DNA of 39,541 bases, taken from Bipalium vagum (lineage: Eukaryota). A program made the translations under genes and the position numbers. Every line of letters starts with the position of its first letter. Positions within the stretch are counted from its first letter, which is position 1. Shown one piece after another: positions 25,251 to 37,330 of the stretch. The notes under the pieces are model-generated. The model was not told the origin of the DNA, did no database searches, and was given only the letters and a program-made list of their open reading frames with translations. The stretch spans positions 1-39,541 of the forward strand of contig JBBMKC010053593.1 of the NCBI GenBank assembly GCA_037834085.1, given 5' to 3'.

Positions 25251-25260
25251 AATAAATAAA
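25251..25260 (+). promoter_or_regulatory. Candidate polyadenylation signal of the AUTS2-like gene
   Basis: Overlapping AATAAA hexamers about 200 nt after the stop, followed by T-rich sequence. Weak evidence in an AT-rich genome. Confidence 0.4.
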
Positions 25261-25589
25261 CTATTTTCATTTCAACAGGGTTTATTCAATAAAAATTCAT
25301 TACATTTTTTAATTGGTATTTTTGGTTTCAAAACTCTCACCGAATTTGGTGGTTACTTTTTGTCAAGTGTTTTTTGTTTTAATTACAATATGAAAATATT
25401 TTTCATTGAAGCAAGTGTGAAGAGATTAAAATCAAAAATTTTGCAAAATGCTAATCAATTTTATACGGATCAAGATGAAAATAATTTTTTTTCAGATATC
25501 TCATTTTTTATTTTGTCATAAAAATGTTTGTTTTTATCGATTTGTCAATATATTATTTAAAGGGTTATTAAAATTCTCATGGAATGGAC

Positions 25590-26410
25590 AGTGAAAGGAA
25601 TGGAAAATATTTCGTAGACTCTTTTTATTTGCTCCTCTTCATCATTATTCAACCTCGAGTTTCTCAGGCTGCTTCACATATATGATTCAAAAATCTGGGT
25701 TTCATATAAAAGGAAAGCAATTAATGTCACTGGTAGTGCCATAAATCTTAGATTAGAATAGTTTTTTATTGTCATTTTTGTTAATTTTTTATCATGAAAA
25801 TTAAGTATTCACTCCGGAATAGACTCTCGTAATTGTGACATTATGATATTTTTATTATATTATGAAAATAAAGTAATGTTTAGCCAGAAAAGAATGAGAA
25901 TCAAAATTGTCAATTATTGAAATGAGAAATTTTATGGCATTTTTCTTTTTGTGTTGGGATACCTATCAATATTGCAGTGGTTCAGTTTGAGAGGTAATAT
26001 AACACAGACTGTGTTTCATTGATAGTAGGAAATATAACTATTATTTCGATTTTATGTCAAGTTGGTTGACTTTATCTCCATTTTAAAGCCGTTTCTTCTT
26101 GAATCCATCTGTTGCTGTTTAAACAGAATCAGGTGGCATTAGTTGAACTGTTAAACTGTTTCTTTTGATGAATATACCAACTTCTTACAATGTTAGCTTA
26201 CAATGGATAGCTTTTATAAGGTCGATCTGAAAACTAAGACTTCCGAAATGAGCATAATAAATTTAACAGTTTCGTGATAAGGAATATTGTAGGTGCCTTA
26301 CAGAGTTTGTGGAGTGAATCATTTTTTCCCAGAAAATTCTGTTAGTGGAAGTTGATTATGGAAGTTCTCAATGATGATTGTCGAAAATAATGGCATGCCT
26401 AAAATAATAT
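25590..26410 (-). other. Endogenous viral element: decayed Mononegavirales-like L CR IV region
   Basis: In order on the minus strand: LGMPLFSTIIIENF, NSLTVQLMPPDSV, then PRFLNHICEAA (25667-25699) and SLRNSR. Compare VSV L GMSLSRFLIRAF, DPTSLNI, PRFLSEFKSGT and LFQNSR. Confidence 0.42.
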
Positions 26411-26696
26411 TGGATAAATAATAACAATAGAAATTGAATAATCTTATTTTACCCATTTATTCCTATCAGTTTTTTTATTAAAATTAATCTGTATAACTGA
26501 ACAAATTTTTATGAACGTAACTGTTGATTGATAAATTTTATTTTTAAACAATACAAATATTAAGAAAATATCACTGAAGTACCACTCACAGAGTAGATTT
26601 CCTATATTTGCCTTAAAGATTTTGCGGAAATATCTCTTTTTAAAAGAGAAGTTTTATTTATACTGATATTCTTATTATTACTATCTTCTTATATTA

Positions 26697-27318
26697 TATT
26701 AGGTCATCCTAAAGTCTGGTGGATTTTTTCATGAATTCTTTTTAGCTAACTGTTCATATATTTGTGTTTAAATAAATTAATAAAATTAACGGTAAAGTAT
26801 TTTTTAGTAATGTTTTGAAATTAAAAATAAATTTGTCGAGTAACCATTTTTGATACTTATTCCTATTTTATTTTAACAATGGTAAAATTTTCAAATTTCC
26901 AGTAATAAGATTTGTGAAGTATATTGGCACAATGTATTGTGTCAACAGAGATAGTTAGAAGATCAGAGTTAAGCACACGAAAGGGCGTTTCCTATATCAT
27001 GATAATACCAGAACACACGTTTCAATAATTGTTCGAAAAAATATCTTGATTATGACTGTGATCTTATGACGTAACCGCTATATTTACCTGACCTTGTCCT
27101 TTCGGATTGCCATTTATTCTTGTCCCTTTAAAATTTATTAACAGATAGAAGTTTCATTCATTGGAAGCCATCAAAAATCATTTGGATGACCTTCTCAACT
27201 ATCAGATCGATGGCGAAGAGTAATTAAATAGTTTGGAAAATATTTTATTAAAAACTGATGGATTTTTTTCTTATATTTTCTTTGTCGAACCACATAGTAT
27301 TTTCCGGATGAGCTAATG
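26697..27318 (+). mobile_element. Internally deleted, decayed mariner element
   Basis: Imperfect TIR pair: tattaggtcatcc... at 26697 and ...ggatgagctaatg ending at 27318. Remnants include LFYFNNGK..NKICEVY, RKGV..HDNTRTH, PLYLPDLVLSDCHLFLSL, SLEAIKNHLD and DRWRRVIK. Confidence 0.88.
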
Positions 27319-27542
27319 TTTAACATGAAATTATTTTGTTTTTATCTATGGACTTTATTTAATAACTTTATTTCGTAATTTTAATTTGAAAATATTGTGA
27401 AGTCAAATCAAAATAAAACTTGTATAACAATAAATAAAAAACTAAATTTTCTTTATTTTGGCACATTATTTGTCTTCGATCCCCAATTTATCGAAATTCA
27501 TAAAACGTGATATCCATATTGTTGAATGAAAACGACAATAAT

Positions 27543-27614
27543 TACAGGTACACCTCCTTATAACAACACCCCTCGGGAACGGCCAAACTGTCGTTATATA
27601 GAAGTTCCACTGTA
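27543..27614. mobile_element. 72-bp pogo/Tigger-type mini-MITE with TA flanks
   Basis: TA-CAGGTACACCTCCTTATAACAACA at the left end; the reverse complement of the right end is TA-CAGTGGAACTTCTATATAACGACA. Confidence 0.8.
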
Positions 27615-28812
27615 TTATTATTATTATTATAAGAATGATAATATTAATAATTTCCGTTATTTGCTTTCTTAGAAGATCCTTAATAATTATTGATTTTCGA
27701 AATTGTCTTGAAAAGTTGAACAAAAATAAAACCAAGCCTGGAATAATATGATATTATCGTGAAAAATATATCAATTTTCTTTGACGCTTCCTTTCTTATT
27801 ATTGCTAATCCACGTCAATACTGTTGTCCTGGTGCAAATTAATGGAACTGCTACGGACGCGAAAGCTGTAGCCTTAAAACTCAGACAGCTTTGCATTTCG
27901 AGCGGTTTCTTCCTGCAGATTTAATAAGGTCTGATCTACATTCAACCTGATAGTCTTTTGTTTTGTCTCGCATTTATGTATATTTTTATACCCATTTCTT
28001 TTTTTCCTCCTTCATGGAGTTAATTACAAAAGAAATTATTCTAACGTGATTTGCAGTACGGTTAATAAATTTATTTTTCTTTAATTACTTGTTTAACAAC
28101 TTTATTACTTTATATCCATGTGTAATGTACATATAATATGTATTTAAGAGGCTTAATATTTTTCTTTTATATTTATTTAATCTATTTATCAAGCACTTCA
28201 ATTATCTGAAACCCAACGTCTGTTTTCTAAAGATGATATTCCCGACCGGAGGCAATTCTACAGAGACTCATTATTAAATGATATTCTTTATTTATTATTA
28301 TTATTATCATTTAATATTTTTTTCTAATTAAAATTTATATGTGAAATAAAAATTATGTAAATGTAATCTATTTTTATGTTGATTAAATTTTCAGTATATT
28401 TCATTATTTCCATTAATGGACTTTTAGAATTAGCGAGGAAAAACAAAATTCTGTCCAAATATCAATTAAATATTTAACAGTTATGATGGGATATTGTGAT
28501 TATGACAATAATAATATTATTATTATTATTTATCATTATTCTTATTAGTGATGAAACAATTTATTCAGCTTATACCTTGAAAAATATACTACTATTATTG
28601 AATATATCATTTTCCATTGTTTCAGACAGGAATTACAATAATTTTATAAAGATAAAATGTTTATTTCTTGGAAATATTTTTGTAAAGCTCCAAAATAAGA
28701 ATATTGAAAGTATAACTGCTTTGTATTTCTTTATTTGAAAATGTCATAACGTTTTCAAATATCGAAAAGAACTTATTCAGGAACCTTCACGGTTGATGGA
28801 TTCCACGAATTG

Positions 28813-29112
28813 TATGAGGTGTTGTAATTAATTTCGGCCGGTGTTAATAAAGAGCGTTATTTATAAAGTAATATATTCTTGAAAGGTGAAACTTGAATTA
28901 AGTTATATTTTTTATGATAAATTAAAAATTAAAACTAAAATGAAATTTATGATCAGTTCTTGTCATATTTTCGTTGGAAAAATATTGCAAAAAACAGGTT
29001 TTTCGATATGAAGAAAACTGCGGCTGAATCCCATCGAATATTGCTGGAGACTTATGTTAATTGTTCCCCTTCAGAAAGAGCCTTCAGAGAAATTAATTAA
29101 ACCCCCCTGATA
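28813..29112 (+). mobile_element. 300-bp mariner deletion derivative (Mos1-like N-terminus)
   Basis: FFDMKKTAAESHRILLETY matches the Mos1 motif LKKTAAESHRMLVEAF. Imperfect TIRs tatgaggtgttgtaattaatttc and tatcaggggggtttaattaatttc (reverse complement). Confidence 0.85.
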
Positions 29113-29329
29113 AATAAATATTTTTGAGTTATTTCATATTAAAATAAAAAAAACAGTAAATGGAGGAAATGGTTATGGAGTTCATGAAAACATCTGAAAA
29201 CGATAATCATTTCTTAGAAAAGATCTGAATTTACTTAGGGAAAATATATGCTGAACATTTCCAGTCTGACCTCATAATATATTTTTTAACCTACTTACTG
29301 GAATATCCAAGATGGATCAAAAATGAACA

Positions 29330-29765
29330 AATCTAAATATTGAATTACGAGTATCAACTTGGCTAAATACCGATTATCCCATAAAGGGACTTAACTTCAA
29401 GTAAAATAAACGGTTAAGCATTATTGTCAGATGACGAGTGATCAGTGAGTTAATTTAACCGTTCTTGGCTCGTTTTTGTTTGCCTTTCTTACCATAGAAA
29501 TTTGAGACATATATTGTACAATTTTTTTACAATATACAGGCTTACAAAAAGATATTGTATAGTGAGGAGACCTTAAAACAATGCAATAGCTTAGTTTATT
29601 TAATAAATTCTACAGATGTTATTTTTTTCTAAAATACAAGTTTCCAATACATTAAATGTACGTCCAAGGAGGGTTTTGTGAGAGGCAGAATTTTTCAGGA
29701 TCGGTTCAACAAAGATCAATGGACTTGAGAATTTCAATGGATAAAGTTAAATGGCAGTGAGAATA
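29330..29765 (+). other. Possible endogenous viral element: rhabdovirus-like L connector domain
   Basis: TDYPIKGLNFK*NKRLSIIVR, ISELI*PF, KCTSKE..VR and KWQ*E follow the order of VSV L TSYPTSNRDMGVIVR, SIDFIGPF, LCPEEIRHA and PWGRE. By-eye only. Confidence 0.38.
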
Positions 29766-29947
29766 AGTGATAAATATAATGATAGACAAAAGAAAATGAA
29801 CGCCATCATTGGGTGAAAAAAATTTAATAAAAATTTTGTCATTTTATATATTATAAGTATTATATATTTATTTAATATAATAAAAAATGACATTAACTGT
29901 TTATTGCTCTTATACACACAAAAAAAGTGTTAACATCTTCCATACTG

Positions 29948-29979
29948 CAAAAACCGAAGGCTTTCCGGCCAACTTAATA
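29948..29979 (-). mobile_element. Solo mariner TIR
   Basis: The reverse complement tattaagttggccggaaagccttcggtttttg is typical of mariner TIRs (TATTAGGTTGG...AAG...CGGTT). Confidence 0.65.
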
Positions 29980-31289
29980 AATTATGGAAATAATTTTTAT
30001 AAAACAATTGATTAGTTAAAAAAAATAAAATTAAAAACTTAAAATCAATAAAATATTTTTTTAAATGATTCCAATACTAAAAACCGATTAAAAGCAATAC
30101 TCCTTGTTCGTATTTTATTCCCATTGTGGATAATTAATTTAAATATTATGAAAATGTATTCATATTTTTCTAATGAAAAGAAAATATTTTATAATTGGTT
30201 TAAATTATTTATTTTTATATTGGGAACAAACATTTTTTATTAGTTGGTTTTTGAGTAATTTAATCAATTTAATAAGTTGAAAAAATCAAAAATTATTAAT
30301 TAAAATGAATATAATATTAACAATAAATGATTTTTTGGTTTTTAGTAACATTCAAATTCAAGATACCACAAAATAACATTCAAAATTAAAAAACCGATAT
30401 ACCTTAACCCCTCGTGTTCAGTCATGCGTGCTCCGTTGTATGATAATTGACAAATAAATTCAATGACTTCGTTTTGAAGTGGTATTTAATTTTAAATTCG
30501 TTTTATTGATTTTTAATTACAAATTAGAATGAACAAGCGAGAATGAAATGATTTTTATCCTGGTAAAATTACTTTTAATTATTCTATGTTGGTAGTGACT
30601 TCTGAAAGTGATATTCCTTCTTCATATGTACATATAATTAAGAATAATATCGCAAGTTTAAGCAGAAGCTCATAAATATGGTTAATATTACAGAAAAGAT
30701 CAATATCGGTAGATGAGATTGATAACTTTAATCGCGAGATAGATCCCATTAAAGAAAAAATCAATATATATATACATAAATATCAAAAATAAAATAATAT
30801 ATAAAGTTACGAATAAGGATCGAATTGAGAACAATATTTATGGATGAAATATTGGGAAAAGTGTTTATTTATTTATATTCTTTTATTTGTTTTAATAAAG
30901 TAATTAAAATTCTAAAGAATTTATTGTGCTGTTTAAAAGAGTAATGAAATTTTGATTTTAATGATAAATGAAAGTGCGACCGGTTATTTCATTATAGATT
31001 TATTATTTTACTTATTTATTCTATTCCCAAATAATCATAAAAAATTAAATCTCTTTTGAATACCAATTCGGCAAAATGAGATGAAAATCAAAGTTGCTCC
31101 ACGACTCAGAAATTCTTGGGAAATATGAGGGCCATATTTTATTATATAAAAGGAAAAGCTGCCCGAATATTGTCGAAACGTATAATATTTTTGGGTCAAC
31201 CTAGAATGTACATTTATATATAATATAATCATTACTATCATTAATTAATTAACAATAACTGTACGAAAATAATGTTTTTTCATTTCATT

Positions 31290-32530
31290 TGCTCCATTTT
31301 CAATCCATACTAATCCAAATTATCCTAATGGCGCATTAAATCCTTTCTCTAGCAACATTTTTCAGTCATCAACGAGCAAGAATTTTTCCTTATCAATTAG
31401 AACTAGAGTTTTTTCCATTGCTTTTAGGAGTTAAATTAATGACTTAATTTCGAATATGATTTTCAACTTCTTCAAAGGTTAAGGATTCTGTCAATCGGTA
31501 CCAACGTTTAGGGTTGTTAGTGGTTTTATCACCTTACCGTTACTTACGCTGTATATTTTCTTGGGAAACATGTAATCGTTGACGAAAGAATATTATTATT
31601 TTTTATTAATTTTTCATATTCTCGAGAAAGCTTGGTGTCCTGGAAAATTGTTTTATTAAGAGGTAAGGTGAAAATCTCTAGATAGTTATCTAAAAGATTT
31701 TTGGTTGAAAATATTTCTTTCTCCTTTTCCCAATATTATAGTGGATACGTCGCTGTCAAGTCTTAAATTCATTGAAAGACCTACTGAAATCATTTCATTA
31801 TTAATCAATAGATGTAACATCAAGAAAAGTACTTTATTTAATTTTAATTGTAATTTTTATATTATTCATTTTAGCTCAAACGAATCTCTCCTAAGAGTTG
31901 CTAACCATTGATATTATTAATCTAATCCAAAGAGCATTGGTATGAAGATCTCTAAATAGCTAAACAGGTGGTTGATGAGTCCTGTTTTCAGTAATACAAA
32001 TTTCTGTTGTCCTGGTTTTTGATTGAGTTCTTAAGAGGTTCAAGGTGAACTTCAGCATTCTTGTGTGAAGTGTTTGATAAGCTTTAATGGTTTACTTGCT
32101 TCAGTATTCACCAAATATTGAAATACAACGTATTTCAACGTACTCTACTAGACAGTAAAAGTGTCCAGTTGGATCGACGGTGAGTTTGATTGCAGTTCCG
32201 GTAGATGCTCCTAACAATCAAAAAACGATATACAATCTGGGATTGTCCATTCTGTTGTGAGGTCGTCATTATGCTTCCAGCGATGGACATACTTTGATTT
32301 CTTCCTCGTTTATTTTATTAAACATCAGTTTGAGTTTTAACACTCCGCAAAGTGTGTGATGAATATCCTCTGTCTTTATTATTGTTTCAAAAAGGCTGCC
32401 ATGCTTCGAGGGCCCCAATCGAATTGACAAATTATATGATTCCTCAACCATTTCTTGAATTATTTGAATATTTTCATTTCATATATTTGAACGAGACCAT
32501 CCGGATTTAATCTTTCTGTGCATGCTTAGT
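31290..32530 (-). other. Endogenous viral element: decayed rhabdovirus-like L methyltransferase and C-terminal domain
   Basis: Collinear: NLSI-D-G--SMAAFL (SMAAFL at 32388-32405; cf. LSCGDGSGGMTAALL), WKHNDDLTTEWTIPDCISFFDC at 32214-32279 (cf. WEYPSDL...LIVMDME), LIKHF (cf. LIYKTY) and RTQSKTRTTEICIT at 31990-32031 (cf. QTEFSSSQTSEVYMV). Confidence 0.6.
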
Positions 32531-32688
32531 CTTAAAATTTTCCACTATTTCTTATCGTTTATCTACTTAGTAGTGGAGTGAAAAGGTATATATTCACTTC
32601 ATGGTCATTTCTGGGAAATTTTAAATATTGACATTAAGCATAAGATTTAACAATAAAAAAACCATTAACTATTTTATTTTAAAATTAT

Positions 32689-32821
32689 NNNNNNNNNNNN
32701 NNNNNNNNNNNNNNNNNNNNNNNNNNNNNNNNNNNNNNNNNNNNNNNNNNNNNNNNNNNNNNNNNNNNNNNNNNNNNNNNNNNNNNNNNNNNNNNNNNNN
32801 NNNNNNNNNNNNNNNNNNNNN
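32689..32821. other. Assembly gap (133 N)
   Basis: Run of N. Confidence 1.
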
Positions 32822-35154
32822 TACCAATTACTTATCTAAATTTTATCAATTATGATTTCAAAAGAAAGAACTATAACCATCTAATAAACATCCTAAATAT
32901 AAAAAAATATTATAATTTTAAATAATATAAATTTGGTTATATTTGATTATATTAAATTTTAAGAAAAATAATCTAATATTAATCTGATATTGTAAGATAA
33001 CGTGAACGAAGAATAATTTTAACTAATATTTATATTATTATAATAACATAATAATAAAATAAATAATAACAAACTGATTTATGTGTTAATATTTATTTAT
33101 TTATATTTTTAATAAATTAACTATCTACATTTAAAAATTTTCTATAGAAATTTTCTGAATTATATAAAATTAATTATTACAAGTAAGCTTTTATGAAAAA
33201 ACCACCATTAATCAATTGAAATAAATATACAATGAGTTCCCTTTAATAAATTTCAATAAAATTATATTTCATTAGTTTTTCAGAGAACAAAAAGAAGACT
33301 ATTTATCAAGATTAAAAGACAATTAACATAAAAATATCATTATTTGTGAGATCCTGAAGAAATCTATTATGTGTTATTATATTTGGATTTGTTGTCTTAA
33401 GGAAATGGATAATAATTATTATTGTTAGAATTTTAATATCAATAATAAAAGAAAAAATTGATAAATACCAATTCTAAAAAGGTATATTTTTTAAATTACT
33501 TTATTTCCGATAAGAATTATTATTTTCCTGTTAATTTTTTATTGTATCTTTTATCAATGAGAAGATTAATTCAAATTCAAGGAGAAATCATCATGGAATA
33601 AAGAGCTGTTTTAATTAAATTACTAATTGATATTTTAATTAATAATATTATTAAAACAAGTAATAAAGTAAAGCTTATATGCATATTAAGTTTTATTAAT
33701 GAAAATCTGATATTGACTATGCGAAGAGACTAGGAAGTCTGTATAAATTAAATTATATTATATAAATATCAGAATAAATAAAAAATATTACTATTAATAA
33801 TAAAATATATTTTTCGTATTTTAAAAATATAAATTTAATAAATAAAATCAGTCTTTCTATAGCTTTCAGATGACGTTGTTTTTACAGGTTTTGTTCAAAA
33901 TTCTATTTACATTATTTGTGGGCACAAGGGACTCACTATTTTTTTTTAACATGTATTTTCTCAATGTTTCCTTCTTTTTTTCTGCTTTTACTCAAAAAAT
34001 ATTTTTCTCCTCCATTACTATTCTCAGCCTGCAATTATGAAAATTTACATTATAATAATTTCAAGCTACACTGGTTTAGATGTTCTGGGAAAATATATTC
34101 TATTCTGTCTTACATGAAAAACCAAAGATAGATTGGTTAGTGGACATTAATATTTGATTAATAATAAATTGACAAAATTGATTTTTGGGGATAAAAAAGG
34201 AAAATTGTGAGAAAAATTATAAATGATAGCTTAAATTCAGTATGGACTATATAAAATTGAAAATAAATTTCAAAATAAAATATAAATAAATAAATAAATA
34301 ATAATAACTGTTAATATATCGAAGATAATATCAAGCTCATAATTATAATCAATAGAATATATTGAACCATGTATAATATTTGTTGAAATAAATCCATGAA
34401 ATAATAATATTTTTGTACTATCAGACGACCATTTATTTTATTCGCAAAATACCTTAAACACAACGGGTTCCATATTGTGCTGAGGTGAGCTCAAATCTTA
34501 TTAACATTAAATTACAGTGGCACATCAAAAGTGATCAATGGTTTCAGTATAAAAGATTTTTTTATAATAAACCTTTCGGTAAATACTGTTACGAAGGGTT
34601 TTTGACAAATTAGACTAGTGTTACCAGTTCTTTAAATAAAAAGATATTTAAGCTAAAAAAATTTTTGTTAATTTTGGAAACTTTTTATGTTTTAAATCGT
34701 AAAATAAAACTAAAATGGATTTTTATCTTCATTTTATAATTTTACTGAATATTAAATTAATTGTTAATAATATTTACGAAATAAATATGACAAATAAATT
34801 TTAAAATTAAAATAATTTTAGATTTTAATTTCTTGTTTAAATAATAATTTTATTTGCAAACATTTAAATTTAAATTATTTTTAAAAATGTGTCTTGAAAA
34901 ATTAAAAAAAATATTTAAATTCATTTCCAAATTTTACAAACGGTAAATAGACTGTTTCAGAGGTTTCTGTTTTGTTTTAAACCTTAATAACGCATGTTAA
35001 TTATTAATAACAATTAAATTAACAGTTAATTAAATAACTTAATTATTAATAATTATTATTAAAAACTTCACAATCGATCATCAACTTTTGGTGATATTTT
35101 CGTTCAAAAAATCTTTCCAAACTAAATAACATGGTATTCTTATCTATTAAAGCA

Positions 35155-35250
35155 TGCTTCTAGGTCTCCGTGATATCTTGGTCTCAGGACTGGAGGACAA
35201 ACACTTCCTGGCCGAAGAGTCAACTCAACGTCGTAGGAAATTGAAAGTAG
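35155..35250 (+). mobile_element. Possible Ty3/gypsy gag remnant
   Basis: LRDILVSGLEDKHFLAEE resembles the gag motif LRDxLVxGLxDxxIxxxLLxE. Short match. Confidence 0.3.
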
Positions 35251-37001
35251 TCCGAATACAAAAATAAACATGCATCAGTGAAGAATAAAAAATACAGAAT
35301 AACCACAATCAAAACTACATTTATTTTTGATTTCTTCGTAATACTTAGGGGAATACTACGAATAAATATTTTCTTTTTGAAAATGATTATACAGTCCATC
35401 TTTGAGAAAGTTTACTTTTTAAGTCAAATTTGGTAAATCTAAAAAAATTTTTAGAAAAGTGTTCGATCTTGGTAAAATATTTTAAAGAAAAAGTTCGAAT
35501 TTCTCATTAATCAAGGTAGAAATTGAGACACTGTTGCCACAGAGATTTTAGCTCCAGTTTCATTGATATCTTCGTTCCTGATATCAATAAACTCGGAGAC
35601 AGTATTTCCACAGGTGTTGTATACTTTAAATTTTTAATCCAGGAAATGAAATAAATGCTTATTTAAATGAAATTCACTCAAGAGGTCAGTAGAATATTGA
35701 AAATTTGTTTATTTAGTAATCTTATCGTTTTTATGTTGCTCATACCATAAGGTGTATTATCTTATTGTTTGAGGTTTTGTTTCATAGGGTTATTGTTGAA
35801 TCTAACCGTGATAAAGTGAATGAGTCAGATAACACAGATTGGGTAATATAAAAATATTAATACCATTATAAAAAGGTTTAATAATTGTAAGAATAGAATA
35901 AATTAATTTAATTATTTTTTTTAATTAATAATCTCCAACAAATTGACTGATAAGGATGAGCACTGTTGGTCATTATCTTTATAGCTTATTTAATATGATT
36001 CGGCGTTTCAGAAAAAATATTTTGGCCTCTTAATAACAATAGTTTTTTGCTGTCATCCAGCTAATGCAAATATCGCTTATTTCAACCAGGAAAATAATTA
36101 CCATGGTAATGGGTTAAGAAATGTCTTTGAATTTTGTGAGTACAGAAAACAATAAATTTTATGAAGTATTAATTTTTGAATAAATGTAAATTTTTTTTCA
36201 AAAGTAATAATATTTTTTTAGAAAATATATAAAAAAGTACCCCTATATTTCTTATTTATAAGAAACAGTTCTTCCATGTATTGTTTCAACGCATATTCAC
36301 ATCAATTCTCTTTTAAGAGTTTAATAAAGTGTATAATATTTCCATATAATATCAACTGTGATGTTAAGCAGAACTTGGTCATATAAAAATAAAATATTAA
36401 AGAAGGCTTGGGACAATATTTAATTGTGTTATTTTTTATATTTATTTGTTTGCAACATTTTCTATTTCTTCAGAAAACATTATTTCGCTTTCTTAATATA
36501 TAAATAAATAAAAAGTTTTTAACCACATGAAATTTTTTAATTATATTTCTAGAACTAAAGAGGTGAAAATTTACATTTTTATTTTACAATAAATTTCACA
36601 GAATAAATATTTAAATTCCAGTTCTTTTATATATTAATAAAATGAATTGATATAAACAAGATAAACCAGCTTGAAAATTTCATTTCGAATTTTTCGGAAT
36701 TCTGAAATTTAATGCAAATAAATTGTTTAAATTTTGATTTAATAAAAATTATTTTATTTCATATTTTTTCTATTTAAAAACAGTATACATTTTTTCGAAA
36801 TATTTTAATTCGTTTTTATATTTCAAAAATATTTGCACTTTTTAAAAATGATTAAAATATTTCAATGAACATTCAAGTACGTTTTCATAACATTTTAATT
36901 TATCATTTATTACAATTTGCTATTTTATTTTTGATTATATTTTATTTTCAAAATAATTGCTTGATGATATTTGAAAATCTTTCGAGTTTATCTCCATGTC
37001 G

Positions 37002-37330
37002 TATCAGGGTTGAGTCAAAAGTTATTCAGGTCTTTAAGCAATTACTTTATTTACAATTTCTTTTAAACACATTAATCCTCGAAATATAGTCCATCAGTTT
37101 CCATAACTCGAAGCCACCTTTCTGCCAATTGCTCAATTCCATGGCGATACCATTCAGGCTTTTTTAGGCGAAGAATTCGACTATTCCATTTTTGAGTTCT
37201 TCCTATGAAAAATGTAAGACAGAAACCGAAACATGTGATAATCAGAAGGAACGAAATCCGGGCTATATGCTGGATGGGGGATGACTTCGATGCCTTGAAG
37301 TTCCTGAATTTTCCACTTCACTATTTGTCA
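37002..37330 (-). mobile_element. Mariner 3' end (transposase C-terminus plus TIR), decayed
   Basis: EVIPHPAYSPDFVPSDYHMFR...ELKNGIVEFFA*KKPEWYRHGIEQLAERWLRVMETDGLYFED* (stop at 37072-37074). TIR-like tatcagggttgagtcaaaagtt starts at 37002. Confidence 0.93.

Noticed and set aside
27130-27260. LLTDRSF...RRVIK first read as viral L CR II
   Set aside because: Fully explained as a mariner transposase C-terminus.
35515-35625. NETGAKISVATVSQFL as a Tc1 HTH fragment (minus)
   Set aside because: Single short weak match with no supporting flanks.
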